This document shows, one piece after another, positions 51,101 to 64,000 of a DNA stretch of 64,000 nucleotides (position 1 is the first letter of the stretch; each line of letters begins with the position of its first letter). The DNA lies in NCBI RefSeq assembly GCF_035594765.1, contig NC_085841.1, positions 331,771,402-331,835,401 of the forward strand. The letters are read 5' to 3'. Made by a program: the position numbers and the translations under genes. Source of the DNA: Anolis carolinensis (lineage: Eukaryota). The notes below the pieces were generated by a model. The model ran no database searches. It saw only the letters and a program-made list of their open reading frames with translations, and was not told where the DNA came from.

Positions 51101-54100
51101 AAACCAATAAAAAATGAGAAGTTGAATTAACTTGTTCCAGGAAGTCACAATATACAAACAGTTATCTAAACCAAGGGCTGTCAACCTTTAAAAAATATTC
51201 TCCAAATCGGATATGGTAGATTAAATTTTACTTTCAAGTTCCAATACACCAGGTTAATCTAATGCATTTTATGTGGCTTTGGTGCAGGACATGCTTCCCT
51301 GTACCAAACCTGCCCCTGAAACAACCATTTTCTTAAAGCAGCCACCAAGAGATATCATTTTCTCCATTTTCAGCTGCATGCCCTGAACTACTGCCTTCAG
51401 AGGTCCAATAAAATAAAAGGTGCACCTAAAAGGAACTGGAAATCATTTCTGTCCTGCCTCCCCACATGGCAGGACTATAACTGGTCCTCAGGTGAAACAT
51501 GGCTTCCCACTCCTGTTACAGTATTTAAAATAATTTCATTTTTCAGCAGCTAAAGGGGAATCCTCATGGATCAGTATCTTATCATAATGCAAATTTCTTG
51601 AACATAACACATCACTCATGAAGGAAAATGTCAGTTTTAAATTCCTTTCCTCCTCATAAATCCTGCTATATTTGAAAAATTACAGTGTCTAACTAGCTAT
51701 TGTTGCCTATTTCAGATGCCCATCAAATGGAAAATGAAGTCTGGCTTCGCTCATTGTTCCACATTATGTTAAATCTTATAGACCAAGGACTCCTTCCCAC
51801 CCATCCCTATTGTTACCCTAACCTCTGCCTCCGTATAATGGTAGAAGCAGGAGTAGAACAGCGTGGTGACCAGCGGCATGTTTAGGATTGAGGCCTTGCG
51901 AGGGTATTTTCGAAATATCTCCGTCTGTCCAGCTGACTCTAAATGCTTATCATTTGCCTGAAAAAAGAAGATGGAAGACTGCATGTAAATTAAATAAAGG
52001 GTAGCTATGAGAAAGTTTGGCATATAAAGACTGAAGCCATCAATAATGATAGGATGATACACTGGTATTATTTTATATGCTGCTTTTCTCCTGGAGTGGG
52101 ACATCAGGTGGTTCACAAATGGCAGCAATGCATGAGATCAGTCTGTTTTGCATTCATTATTCTTCAAAATACTGTTTTTATGGTGTTCCTCAGCATAATT
52201 ACTTAGATCCATGTTTATATCTCAACTCAAATAACAGAGAAGCGAGTATTAAATGCTGCACATGCTGATTCTGAAGTTCCACTGTATTCAGTTACCTAAG
52301 TAAATGTTCACCTAGGGTTGTAACCTTAGTCACCTTCATCTAATAATTTTCCTTCAATCTAACCTACCTTACAATGCTGTTTTGAAGGGGAAAAGGATGA
52401 ATAATCCCTTCTAGACCACCTTGAGCACCCGGAAATTAGGGTTTGAGCGACTATAATAGTCAGTCCTCCATATTCACTGGGGTTAGGTTCATGGGGCTCC
52501 CCATGAACGCATCCAGCAACAGTAACATATCACGGAAAATACAAAACATGTTGTTAAAAAGCAGGTAAATGTATATCCTAGTATATCAAGGCATTCAAGG
52601 TGGAATTTTCTCATACCCTTGACAAGGGAGGGTAGGCTCAGAGAGCAACTGGAACAAAGTCACCCAAAAATGAGACTCAAAGCGGATTACAGTAAAACTG
52701 ATGCAATACAATTTAAAACCCCTAAAATATACAAACATTAAAGTGGCATTAAATATTAATGGTAATAAAAACCAAATTAAAACCCTTAAAACCAATTAAA
52801 AACCTATTCATAGCTGCAACCACAGCATCTTAAAAGACATAGTAGATGCCTTACCTCAATAATGATTTGCCTTTCTAGGAGTGTATAATGATCTTGTACA
52901 TGAGCAGCGTCGTCAGATGAAAATGACAACCTAGATTGCAGAAAAGTCTCCTCATTTATGGGTTCTCATCCTCAGGGAATTGATCCATATTCACTACTAA
53001 GCTATTAGATCTACTTATTTATTAATAAACCAATGTATTAACAATGCAATAAATAATAATAATCATTTATTTATTATATTTCTTGAATATTGGTTATTCC
53101 CTTTTAAGTGTATTTCAACAACTGCACCTCAGTGAATGCTTTAATATTTTATATTGAATAAAAGCAAAAAAGGACAATTCGCACTGCCATCATTATTATA
53201 CCTATAAAGCATATTCCCTTGACTTTCTAACATGGTTTGGGTCCAGCCTATCTTCGTGACCACATCTCCCCCTATGAATCGATGCGGGTTCTAAGATCTA
53301 CCAGGGTGGCCCTCCTCTTGGTCCCGCCTCCGTCTTTAGTGCGGTTGGTGGGGACAAGGGAGCGGGTCTTCTCAGTGGTGGCCCCCCAGCTCTAGAACTC
53401 CATCCCTGGGGAACTTAGATAAGACCTACACTACAACACTTTAGAAAAGAGTTAAAACTTGTTTTTTCCAGCAGGCATTTGATAACGTTTAGACAGTAAC
53501 CAGAACTGATTGCCAATCACGTAGCACTTTATATTTAAATTCTGTACATTCAGCTGAGCTGCTATATTGCTTACATGGATCTTTTAACGGATTCTATTTT
53601 AATAGAGGTTGTTTTATTCCATTTATATACCAGGTTTATGTAATGTTATTGTTTTCATGTTGCTGTATTTTATTATATGTATTATGTATTTTATTTTATG
53701 TATGGCATCTTTGTGTGCTACTTTGTAAGCCGCCCAAGTCCCTATGGGAGATGGTGGCGGGGTATAAATAAAGTTTTATTATTTTTATTAAATGGTGTAA
53801 GGTTGAGAAGAGGAGACCAAGAGATAATAGTATCTTTAACTATCTAAAAGACTGCCATGCAGAAGATGCTGCTCCAAAGAGCTCAATTATAATGGATTAT
53901 GGCTAAACATTAGGAAGAACTTTCTTACTCCAAAAGTTATTTAATATGGAACAAATTGCCTTAGGCATGTGAAACTCACAAGTAGGACATGTGTGAAAAG
54001 AATATCCTCTTGCTATTATTCCTCAACAATAGGTGTGGAGTGTCCTCTTCTAGGTTTTTACAGGCTGGATGGCCATCTTTTGGGAGTGTTTTGATTGCAT

Positions 54101-57100
54101 ATTCCTGCATGGCAGGAGGTTGGACATTGTCTCTTCAAACTCTATGATTCTATTATTCCAGTATTCAGAGGCATGTTGCTTTCAATCTCAGGTCAACATA
54201 CAGCTGTCATAACTGGCAATGCTTGCTGGGATTTCTTCGATAAATTTGTCTAATCTCCTTTCAAGAAAGCTGTCCAAGTTGAGAGACAGCAGTACATTCA
54301 ACAATTTAGTTTTATGCCATGAGAACATGCTTTTTTATTGGTCTCAAACCTCCCATAGTTCACCTTCTTTGGATGGCCCCTGATTCTAGTATTAAAAGAA
54401 AAGGAGAAAAAAACCCCTACTTTATTCAAAACATGCACCATTTTTTATCTTTGTCCCTATTCTCTAAGTAAAAGGTCCTCTCCTCATAGTTACTCATTTT
54501 CTCAGGTTCTAGTGATACTAAAGCTTTCTTAAACCAACATTTGCTTCCTGCCTAAGACTTAAACTCAATTAAAGTTGAAGAAACAAGTATTCACACAACC
54601 TATGCTTACCCAATGCAACCTTTCAGAAAATCTTTTCGTTTCTCTGCATCTGCAATATTCAAGTGTTCACGGTATTGTGTCAGCTGGAAATAGCAGAAAC
54701 AGATGTAAAGAAGAGGCTCAAGAAACAATATTGCAGCTAGCCTTGCTGGAGCTCCCAGTGGAGTAGTGGGTTAAACCCTTGTGATTTGAAGGTTGGGCTG
54801 CTAATCTTCAAGCTGCCAGGTTTGAATCCTACCCGGGGAGAGCACAGATGAGCTCCCTCTATCAGCTCCAGCTCCATGCGGGGACATGAAAGAAGCCTAC
54901 CAACAAGGATGGTAAAACATCAAAACATCCCCTGGGCAACGTCCTTGCAGACGGCCAATTCTCTCACTCCAGAAGCGACTTGCAGTTTCTCAAGTCGCTC
55001 CTGACACAAAAGAAAAAAAAAGCTAGCCTTGCTGCTTAGTAGCATGAGCAAAAAGAAAACAACACATGGCTCACATTGAGTTTGGGAGGACAATATTGCT
55101 TTCCCCACCAAAGATAGAGATGAAGTCTACATAAGAAATACTCACAGCAACTTCCTCAGTCCTGTCCAGGAACCTGCAGAAGAAGAAAAAGGCATAATTC
55201 AAACTTGCTCAGTATAGACACTTCAGAATTTAGCTTCATTGCTCAGGTGGATTCTTACCTTAACAAGTCCAAGAGGAGTTTTTGGTCCCCCGTTTCTTTC
55301 AGAAAATGTATTAAATGGCGCAAAGCCACCTGCCGTAGTTCAAGCTCTCTAAATAAGATCTCTGCATGAAAAGACAAGGAAGGATTAACAAGTCAAGTTC
55401 TGCCTGAATTATCCGCACAGGTATAAGTCACATAAAGAGCATCCTCCACCTCATTCCCCAGAAAATAGTACTGGTATTAACTCAGTGAACTAGATAAAGA
55501 GATTCTGGTTAAGATAGTATAGGTATGGTGAGGAAATAGCTTCACCTCACCACTGTTACAGAGAAACTAGAGCCCCCAACAATCACCTATGTGCAATAGT
55601 AACTGCAATAGATGCATGAATAATACGCTGTTGACATGTGAAAACACATCCCAAGTTAATGCTCAGCAAATGCAACAATAGCTATTCTTTGCCAACAGTG
55701 GTACAGAACTTTTAAGTTGCATATGCTATTGGATATCAACTCTCAAAAACCCCAGTGAACAGGACTAAAGGTTGAGAATTCTTGCATCCAAGAACATGAG
55801 GCCCCAGATTGGAACTGCTGCCTGTCAACTATTTTTTCTCTTCTGAAATGAAACTGTGTCTATCTAATTCATGGGAACAGACAATATTATATTGATGATA
55901 CTAAAGTTTGGATCAGTGCTAAGAAGAAAAGGTGGCAGTTATAGTGGTCTTCAAAAGCTACAAATAAATCCTGATTCTATGAAAGGTACAGTGACTCTGC
56001 ATCAGTTTCACCTAAATGAGAAAAGTGAAGGATAAAATACTTTAAAGAAACAAAACTAAAGGAACTCAAACTATTTCTGGAGTCTCACATACCTTTCTTC
56101 AAAGTCCTCTTCAGAAATACTAGAATCTGCAAGATAATAGATAAGCCTCTTCAACTTACTGAAACAGTACTTACAAAACATTATAACTTTCTTTATACCA
56201 TATAGAATATTTTATAACATTTAGCTACATATTTAAGTAGTGGCCTTGTAAAATCTGAAGGAACTGAATAGAGGTGAGGAATATTTTATTAATGCTTAAA
56301 GGTCTACAGAAAGGTATCAACTAAACAAGAAAGAAGTTGTTTAATACTTCCAAGACTGAGTATTTTGGGGAAATGCTATAAAATTCATGTGAACTTTTTG
56401 TAGGTCAATAGATGATTAGGATAATTCTTTTTAAAACAGCACAAGTTTTCATGTTTATATTTGGTAAAATATAAGCACGCTTGGGACTCATCTACACTGG
56501 GCAGTTTACCCAACTATAAATGTGCCCTAGAGCAGACCTGGATCTGGCCAAATCTAGGGCTACTTCTCCCATGGCCGAAGATTGCAGCCAAACTGCGGGG
56601 CAGCATACATCTTACCTCCTCCATGTTGTCTCCACTGTTGTTAGCTGGAACTCCACGTGAGCCCCCAGCCATCACAGGTACTGCTGACATTAGAACAAGG
56701 TGGCCACATGACCAACATCAAGAACAGGAATGATACCCCCTCCTTCTTCCTGGTTCTGCAGGTGCCCAGTTCTGATATCAGTAGAAGCGCTTCTGTGATC
56801 AGGAAGAAGGAATGGAGGCCGCCCCTCTTCATGCTTGTTGTGAGGGCACCTTATTCTGATGACAACAGAGTTGCCCACAATGGCCAGGAGCTCGCACAGA
56901 AGTGGGTCAAAGCCAGTTGAAACACACTAAAAACATTTGGGATACAAGGTTGCCTATCTTCACAAGTAACCATGTGAAGACAGGCAACTTTCCATTCAAG
57001 GTATGTTGGCTATTTTAAAGTCAGAGCTGTCCATAAGTATCAATAAGGAAAAAAAGATTTTGCTGCAACTGCAATTGGGAACATATCTGCCCACCTAGCA

Positions 57101-60100
57101 GTCCAAAATCGAGTCCAGGCCAATGAGCAGCAGGCACAGAATGCTGTCTGGAATTTACATTTATGTCTAAATGGAAGTTATCTGCCCAGAACTTTGGGCT
57201 GAATGATCTGTTATGGTCGGAAAAGCTAGTGGTCCATGTAGTTAAGGATGCAGCAGCAGCAGCTTTCAAGAAAATATCTTTTCCATTCTACCTTTCCAAA
57301 CTATTTTAACTGGAAGTCAACCATAGTCCTATATGCAAAGAATGTATGCAGTTTTCTAAGGGGAATTTCCACAATACTTAGATCTTGGGATATATCAAGA
57401 ACAATTTAGAAAACACTCAAGGGATTTCACAGGATCCATTTACATGCTGTATCCTTGAAAGCAAGGTTAGCTGAAAAAACATATTTGCTGATCAGAATGC
57501 TTAGTGAATCTGGCATTAAACACTCAGCCTTCCCACACATAAATCGTAAGTTAATTATATCCAAACTTCACAGAAAAGGGAGCACATGACACAAATGGTC
57601 TTGATGTAAATGATCCCGGAATGAGACCTGCCTAAGTGGCAAGCCCCCCTCTGTCCTAGTTTACAATCACAGTAACACTCACGGCTGTAATGACATTCCC
57701 ATCGTGTATTGCAACAGCTTCATCCAGCAGCAGCAACTTGTCTTGCAAAGAGCGAAACCTTTCGAGGGAGCAGACCTAAAATAGGACAGGATTAATAAAA
57801 GAAATACAGTGTCTGAACAAAAGCTCACTTCATCTGCAATGATAAGTTTGTGGCTGCTTGTAATGCATCTTCGAACGGAGCCACATCTGTTAGTCACTTG
57901 CATGACCAGCTCTCCCTACAGCTGTGAAACTATGCTATACTAACTCATGAGGGCTTGATTAAAATTTCGCTGAATCTCAAAACACATGGACAGAAAGTTT
58001 GCTACACAAGTTCGTTCCTTCTTCCTCATTTCTAAGGAAGTTTAGCTTTCATTCTGTATTGCCTCTATAGCCACCAAAAATAAAACAAAACACTTATTTC
58101 CCCCTTTATCTAACAAAGAACATGAAGGGCCTAGAATAAGATGTAGGGATCTGCTGGCAGTGAAAGAATGCATTTCCTATTATTTGAGACGGGTTTCAAT
58201 TGATCAGAATCTGCTACTATCATTCCTGACATCTGTAGAACCTCAATCCAATTTGTCTAAACAGGGAAATGCCAGTTTTCTTTCCAGCAAAGTACTTGAG
58301 AAAGCTATAACCAGCCATATTTTGGTACAGATACATGTGGGCAAAGACAACATGAGCCATTCAAGTATATATATAACAATTATTCTTGTGGCCCTTAAAA
58401 TCTAAGTGCATGATTAAGTTCTATGGTGACCTGAAGGCTTTCTTCAGCCATCTGCAACTCAAGGAATATTTCACCATGGCAATAGCTTGCAAGCCCAGTT
58501 ACCATCATAATTTGACAAAGGCCATTGCACCAACATACAATAAAATATTTCTTAGTGCTATAAACAGAATTCTACAACCCAGAAGATTGGAACATGGAAC
58601 TATATTTCTACATAGAATGCTTCTGCCTTCATGACCAAATGGAGAAAATCAGCAAGAGATAAGATTTACCACACAATCTCAGCCATATGGAACAAGATGC
58701 CACCCACAGTCTCAGAAGCAATTTTAACATTATTATGCAACAGCTATAGCCACCAGGAACAAGTCAGACTACATTTAGGAGGCTGGGAGATAATGATCCA
58801 ACACGACATTTTATTGAATCCCCACTGATGAATATTTGAAGGAACTACACAAATTACTCACAGAATTTTCCACTCATGTTCAGAACAAAATTTGAATGGA
58901 CACACTGCAGGAGACCAAACACATTTTCTATGTATTGTCCAAATTATGTAATTCAGGAAAACCCATTCTCTCATATATTCAAACCTTCACTGTTGGGGTA
59001 AATGAATATATGGATCAAGTTCTCAGGCCATAGGCCACTGACACTCCAAACTATGTGAAGGACAGTCTACCAACAGATTTCTAAAGCTCTTAAATATAGG
59101 AGGGATTGCCTTTTCAGTTATCATGAATGTAGACTCCTTACCTTCCCTCTCTGCAGCCGTCTTACTGTGTCTTTAGGGCTCCAGTCACTGCTGTAATCCT
59201 GAAATTGATATATACAACAACTGTTAAGGTTCCATTAAAGTTTACAGTATTTTGAAATGTCCTTCCTATCCTTGCCATGTGCCTGCCTCCAGTTTAGATA
59301 ATGGGAAAAGTTGAAAAAGAAGAGATGACATGCCAAATAACTCACAGGAAATGCTAGATCTATTATTCGATTTGAAAGCATGCATTGCTGCGTTAATCCA
59401 AAAACGCAGCATAACAATAGCGACCACTTGAAAATGAGGATCTAAGAAAGTTTTGTGAGAATGAGATGTATATTTGAGAGTATGAAACATATCAGGAAGT
59501 AAGGAGTTGCAACTCTAAGAGTGTGGGTGGGGTGGGTATAATCTACCCTAAAGCAAAAGTTAACTATCCCTGATATACTTCTTGGCTAATGTCAACCCAT
59601 ACAATGAGGTTTATTCACATGCATAAATAAGCAGGAATTCCAGAGAACCCTAGTTTATTGTTTGCAATCTGTGTATTCACTTGGAACATTTTATGAGAAG
59701 CCAATTAACAGTCCTTTGACAAGTATCAGTGAAGCAAACATCCACAGTCAGAAGAAGGACTGAATTCAACGCCAAAGTTCTGCACTTCACAATTTTGTTC
59801 TTAAATGAAGTTCTCAAAAAACACACCTACCTTGTAATCTGCTTTTGGCCTGCGCAGTTCTGGGGCATAATTTTTAAATCCCGTGTCTGTAAGAGCTGAA
59901 GTAGAAAGGGCGGATTTTATTTATTTAATATGTTTCTCTCCCTCCTTCCCATATAATTTTGGTACACATTGCTGAAAATCACTTTTGAAACACAGGAAGT
60001 ATCAAAAGGATAACAGCACAATAAAATAAAAGACGAAAAAGTAGGCACATGACTCCAATATTATTGTTTGCTTCTCCTGTATAATATTAAGATCGTTAAG

Positions 60101-60428
60101 AAGCCAGAAGCCAGAGAAACTTTGAAAGCTTACACATTTTTACATTTTATTGCCCCATTTTTGCTTTTTTGTTGACCTTTTGTGAATTTTGTTATATTTT
60201 TCTGCCTGATCAAAATGGGTACACCTGAATATGTCACCCACCAGCACCTGCTGTCTAAGGCAGTGCCTCACTCTGCCTCCTATATGTGTTAATTGTTGAA
60301 TTGTGAATTGCTGGGATTGTTTCAAAACAGCAAACATCCTGTGTCTTTTGTTAGATAAATGGATGTCTGGACAGAGGTGAAAGGCCTGAGGTGGAAAGAG
60401 AAGGCTGGTGTGGATAAAACTGCTAGGG

Positions 60429-60487
<59 letters not shown>

Positions 60488-61766
60488 TTCATTTCTTACC
60501 CACCTCTCCTCATGGCTTAAGGTGGATTATGGGGAGAGAATGATATATATCAGAGTCTATTTATCTAAATATATTAAACTATTTAGTTCCTATCCTCTAT
60601 CTCAATGGTTCTCAACCCCTGGGTCCCCAGATATTTTGGCCTTCAGCTCCCAGAAATCCTAACAGCTGGTAAACTGGCTTGGATTTCTGGGAGTTGTAGG
60701 CCAAAACACCTGGGGAACCAAAGGTTGAGAACCACTGCTCTATCTAAACACCTCAAGGAAGCCAAAAATAAAATCAGCTTTATCAATTTACATTATAAGC
60801 TTGTACATCATATTGAACTGTAGAGGGGTCATCTCTGTAGGGGCATGCATAGGCTTGCAGAAGGTGGGGCCAATTCTCACTAGATGGAACAAGAAATATC
60901 CTTCCATCCATACAAAGAAGGGACAAAAAATCCTGAATTCTTACCATCTGAAAGTGACTGAAAACTTCCATGTTTGTTCCTTCCTGAAACAAAACAACAA
61001 TAAACACTGGAGAACAAACATCTGAGAACGAGTACAGACTCTGTAAGCTACACTGTTCTCACAAGAAATTATTTTTTCTGCAACATAGCTACAATATTAT
61101 TAGAGCATTCCCATCGAAGTTGTCTCCCATCCTGAAAGTAAGATGGGTTATAAATAAATAGTTTTAAGGGGAAATCTGTTTATAAAGATTTTGATAAATA
61201 TCCTCTTACCTTTGAAAAAGCTGCTCAGTGAGTAAGAGGAGGCTTGTTTGGGAACTCCAGAAGAGCCCTTTTGTAGACTTACATCTCTTCCTTCAGAGGT
61301 AATACTGTTGCTAGAGGCAGTCTCTTTGATGGACCAAGAAATGCCTATGGAGCGGCAAAGAAAGAACAATTCTGATAAATTTTCTTACCACGTACAACAT
61401 CATTACTACCCTAGAGCAATGTTTTGGATTATCAGTTAGGTTTAATTAGATGTTAGGTTTTTAACGCTGTATTTATGTATTTATTTATTACAACATTTAT
61501 ATCCCGCCCTTTTCACCCAACAGGGGACTCAGGGCGGCTTACAATAAAACACACAAATAAAACCTGTACAATACACTATAAATCAGTTAAAAATTAACTT
61601 ACATAAAACATCATAAAACGCATTATAAAATACAGATAGGCGTGTATTCATATGTTGGGATTTTATCCCAATATTTATCTATTTTTGAAGGCATTGAATG
61701 TATGTCGTTGTTTGTTGGAATCCGCCCTGAGTCCCTTCAGGGAGATAGGGTGGAACAGAAATTAAG

Positions 61767-61816
<50 letters not shown>

Positions 61817-63630
61817 AATTGTATTTTGAACCTATTTCCTTTGTTCCTGCTTTTCTAAATGACATCACAGAAGACCATCTTAATTTAAATTTGTTATTTA
61901 AAGTAGCTATCATTTCTGGGAGGTAAATTAATATATTTGGAAAACAAAGGACTCAAAATAATAAAACTGTGCAGTCTTCCCCAACCACATGCATGTCAGA
62001 TGCATCAGGTAAAAAATACTGTCATCCACTGCCAGAACTAGCTCTATATAAGAAACTCCTATTAGGTTAAGAAGCTACCAAGGCATTTCCTTACATAATC
62101 TGGTATCAAATGCAGCAGAGACTGAGATCTTGGAAAAGTGGTTGCCAGTTCCTACGAAACAGTAATGCTTATGTAGCTATTTCTATCTGAGCTAGGAAAG
62201 TGCAAGGAGAAAATTGAACTTTTTCTGTCAAACAATTAATGAAAGCCAAATGTGGATGCTGTTTCATGATGCCATTTTTAAAAACGATCAAAGATTTACA
62301 GTGTAATAATAATTCAGTTGTAGGCTGAAGCAAAAGAATCATTATCTTGGGGTTGTGTGTGCTTTCCAGGTTGTATGGCCGAAAATTGCATTCTCTCTGC
62401 AAAGTCTATATGAGGTCCTAATTCACTTACTGCCCACAGGCTCCCCACTCCAGGTGATCTTCTCAAGATCATCATCATCGTCTACAATATCTCGGAGGCT
62501 GTTCACTGCTCGCTTGGATTCCTTCAGCTGTGAACATAAGTAAAGTTAGAATAACAGCAAGGCCTATTTCGTCAAGAAAGACTGAAGGCTCTTTTCTAAA
62601 GGGCTGGTGACCCAGGAATAGATGCATGTGGTTCTTTGTATACAAACCAAAATGGCCCAAGCTGGCATCTTTTCTTTTCCTAGACTACAGCAATCACAAA
62701 CTATTAGCAACTAAAATCCAAAAATATATGTCAGATGAAAGGGATAGGGAAAAAATCCATAGATCAAAAGATTGTATGTTCTGTGCCAGCTATCATGTAG
62801 ATTGTCAATCATTTAATCATGTACAATGAATAGATCTAGGTTCTGCTCATATAAATATTGGAATACTTTCCCAATTTATCTAAAGTAAGTATAGTAAATA
62901 AAATAAAATACCAAGCCTTCGGAAACCTGGTGCAGTAATAGACATGAAAAACACGGAATGACCAATGGAATGGCCCGGACTTTGCTCTTGGATCACATGA
63001 TGTTAATGGTTTTAATTGTGTTTTAATATGTATTTTAAATGACTTTCTTTGTATTTTGTTTTACAGGCATTGAATTACTGCCACGTTCTCAAGCCGCCCT
63101 GAGTCCCCTCCAGTGTGAGAAGGATGGGGTAAAAGTATAGTAAATAAAATAAATAAATAAATAAATAAATGAAAGACAAGATAGGATTGTGCTGGGTGTA
63201 TTTCTCATTTGCCTAGCTATCTTGGCCAAAGTATATGTTTTTAGCCTATCTTAAATTGTTTCATAGTGTTAAACCATTTAAACTCTCTTGATGTTATTTG
63301 TAACGACTCTGGAAACCAGGATTCAAATCCTTGCTTTGCCATGAAATCCACTGAGTGACCTTGGACAAATCACACTCTCTCAGCCTTGAAGGAAGGCGAT
63401 GGCAAAACTCTTCCAAACAAATCTTGTCACAAAAACCACAGGAAAGCGTTGCCATTGATGGGAAACAAACTTGAAGGCATACAACATAATATTTTAATAA
63501 ACAAATAAATCGGCTTGTTTAAGAGTAACAACTGTACCTGAAAGAGCTCATCGTCCTCATCATCAAAAGTGAAAGCCTTACATTTGGAACTGTGCCAATA
63601 TTCTTCCTCATCAACCTTCATTCTGTTCAT
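43255..63630 (-). CDS. VIPAS39: VPS33B-interacting protein, apical-basolateral polarity regulator, spe-39 homolog, ~487 aa
   Basis: 19 coding exons: 63538-63630, 62431-62527, 61210-61344, 60945-60983, 59831-59895, 59142-59198, 57683-57775, 56093-56126, 55259-55361, 55146-55173, 54610-54683, 52855-52930, 51823-51957, 50782-50823, 49300-49389, 48923-49009, 48475-48564, 44304-44408, 43255-43275 (1464 nt, phases consistent). Starts [28 protein letters not shown], contains [45 protein letters not shown], ends QIRWKN*. An acceptor sits directly before the ATG, so a non-coding exon 1 lies upstream, probably beyond the right edge. Confidence 0.97.
45708..46046 (+). mobile_element. Sauria-type SINE with 12-bp TSD
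   Basis: TSD taccacaagaga at 45696-45707 and 46047-46058. Confidence 0.88.
46240..47975 (-). mobile_element. R4-clade (Dong/Rex6-like) non-LTR retrotransposon, 5'-truncated and frameshifted
   Basis: RT motifs [13 protein letters not shown] and YMDDLKLY; CCHC knuckle [18 protein letters not shown]; RHN motif; restriction-like endonuclease region [33 protein letters not shown]. Both ends abut TAA/TTA-type repeats. Confidence 0.88.
47976..48040 (+). repeat. (TAA)n microsatellite
   Basis: Read directly from the sequence. Confidence 0.95.
48041..48312. repeat. Perfect inverted repeat: 125-bp arms with a 22-nt (TAA)n spacer
   Basis: 48041-48165 is the exact reverse complement of 48188-48312 (compared base by base). 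Confidence 0.97.
53200..53790 (+). mobile_element. L2 LINE 3' fragment (older)
   Basis: Diverged homolog of 40760-41372 (acctataaagc..., gcggttggtggggac.aggga..gg.cttctc.gtggtggccccc). Confidence 0.75.
54749..55020 (+). mobile_element. tRNA-derived SINE with 14-bp TSD
   Basis: TSD agctagccttgctg at 54735-54748 and 55021-55034; A-rich tail. Confidence 0.85.
60431..60487 (+). repeat. (TAA)n microsatellite (tail of a short inverted L2-like end)
   Basis: Read directly; followed by ttcatttcttacccacctctcc. Confidence 0.9.
60603..60737. mobile_element. hAT-type MITE with 8-bp TSD
   Basis: TIRs caatggttctcaacc / ggttgagaaccactg; TSD ctctatct at 60595-60602 and 60738-60745. Confidence 0.85.
61440..61813. 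mobile_element. Two L2-like 3'-end fragments in opposite orientations, ending in (TTA)n
   Basis: atcccgccc...ggggactcagggcggcttac (minus) and tccgccctgagtccc...gggagatagggtggaa plus (TTA)n (plus). Confidence 0.55.
62900..63170 (+). mobile_element. L2-like 3' fragment with (TAAA)n tail
   Basis: agccgccctgagtcccc...gagaaggatggggtaaaa followed by (TAAA)n. Confidence 0.5.
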
Positions 63631-64000
63631 CTGAAAAAAGGGAAATATGCTTTAACCGAATACATATTTCCTGTGGCCACTTAAGAAACAATATCTGATT
63701 ATTTCAATGAGCAATACTTAATATCAACTTTTAATTTCAACTATAGCCTCAGAATTGCTACAGCATTTGTTTCCCTGTGGCTATACTTAAACACATAATA
63801 CATTGCAGAGAACTAAAAATCACCGTGTTGACTTCAGGATACATTTGAACCACCTGCAATGTCTTATCAAAAATCTTTTTATTGTATCACTTTATTGTAT
63901 CAGTGAACATTTAGATCAACATAGAACGCCTAAAGGAAATAAAATTTGGAACATTAAATGGCTTGAGGTTAGTATGGATTCAAAATAGACAAGAAACACT

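Overview
AT-rich, repeat-dense vertebrate genomic DNA. The repeat families (Sauria-type SINEs, CR1, L2, Vingi, Penelope, R4/Dong-type) point to a squamate, probably an Anolis lizard (inference). I assembled four spliced genes by hand, all with canonical GT-AG introns and consistent phases. They follow the order of the human 14q24.3 block: TMED8 (-, 6 coding exons, ~347 aa), SAMD15 (+, 3 exons, ~248 aa, head-to-head with TMED8 on one CpG island), NOXRED1 (-, 6 exons, ~384 aa) and VIPAS39 (-, 19 coding exons, ~487 aa). The most unexpected item is a fifth, unrecognised minus-strand gene at 240-2970: four phase-compatible exons, 195 codons, running off the left edge, where the human locus would have the 3' end of the plus-strand gene GSTZ1. 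Other points of interest: a perfect inverted repeat with 125-bp arms at the 5' junction of an R4/Dong-type retrotransposon inside a VIPAS39 intron; a CAA>TAA stop inside a 14-aa tandem repeat at the SAMD15 C-terminus; inverted Penelope fragments with degenerate hammerhead-ribozyme cores; and RFX X-box-like motifs upstream of SAMD15 and NOXRED1. Gene and repeat names come from recognition of sequence, not from database searches.
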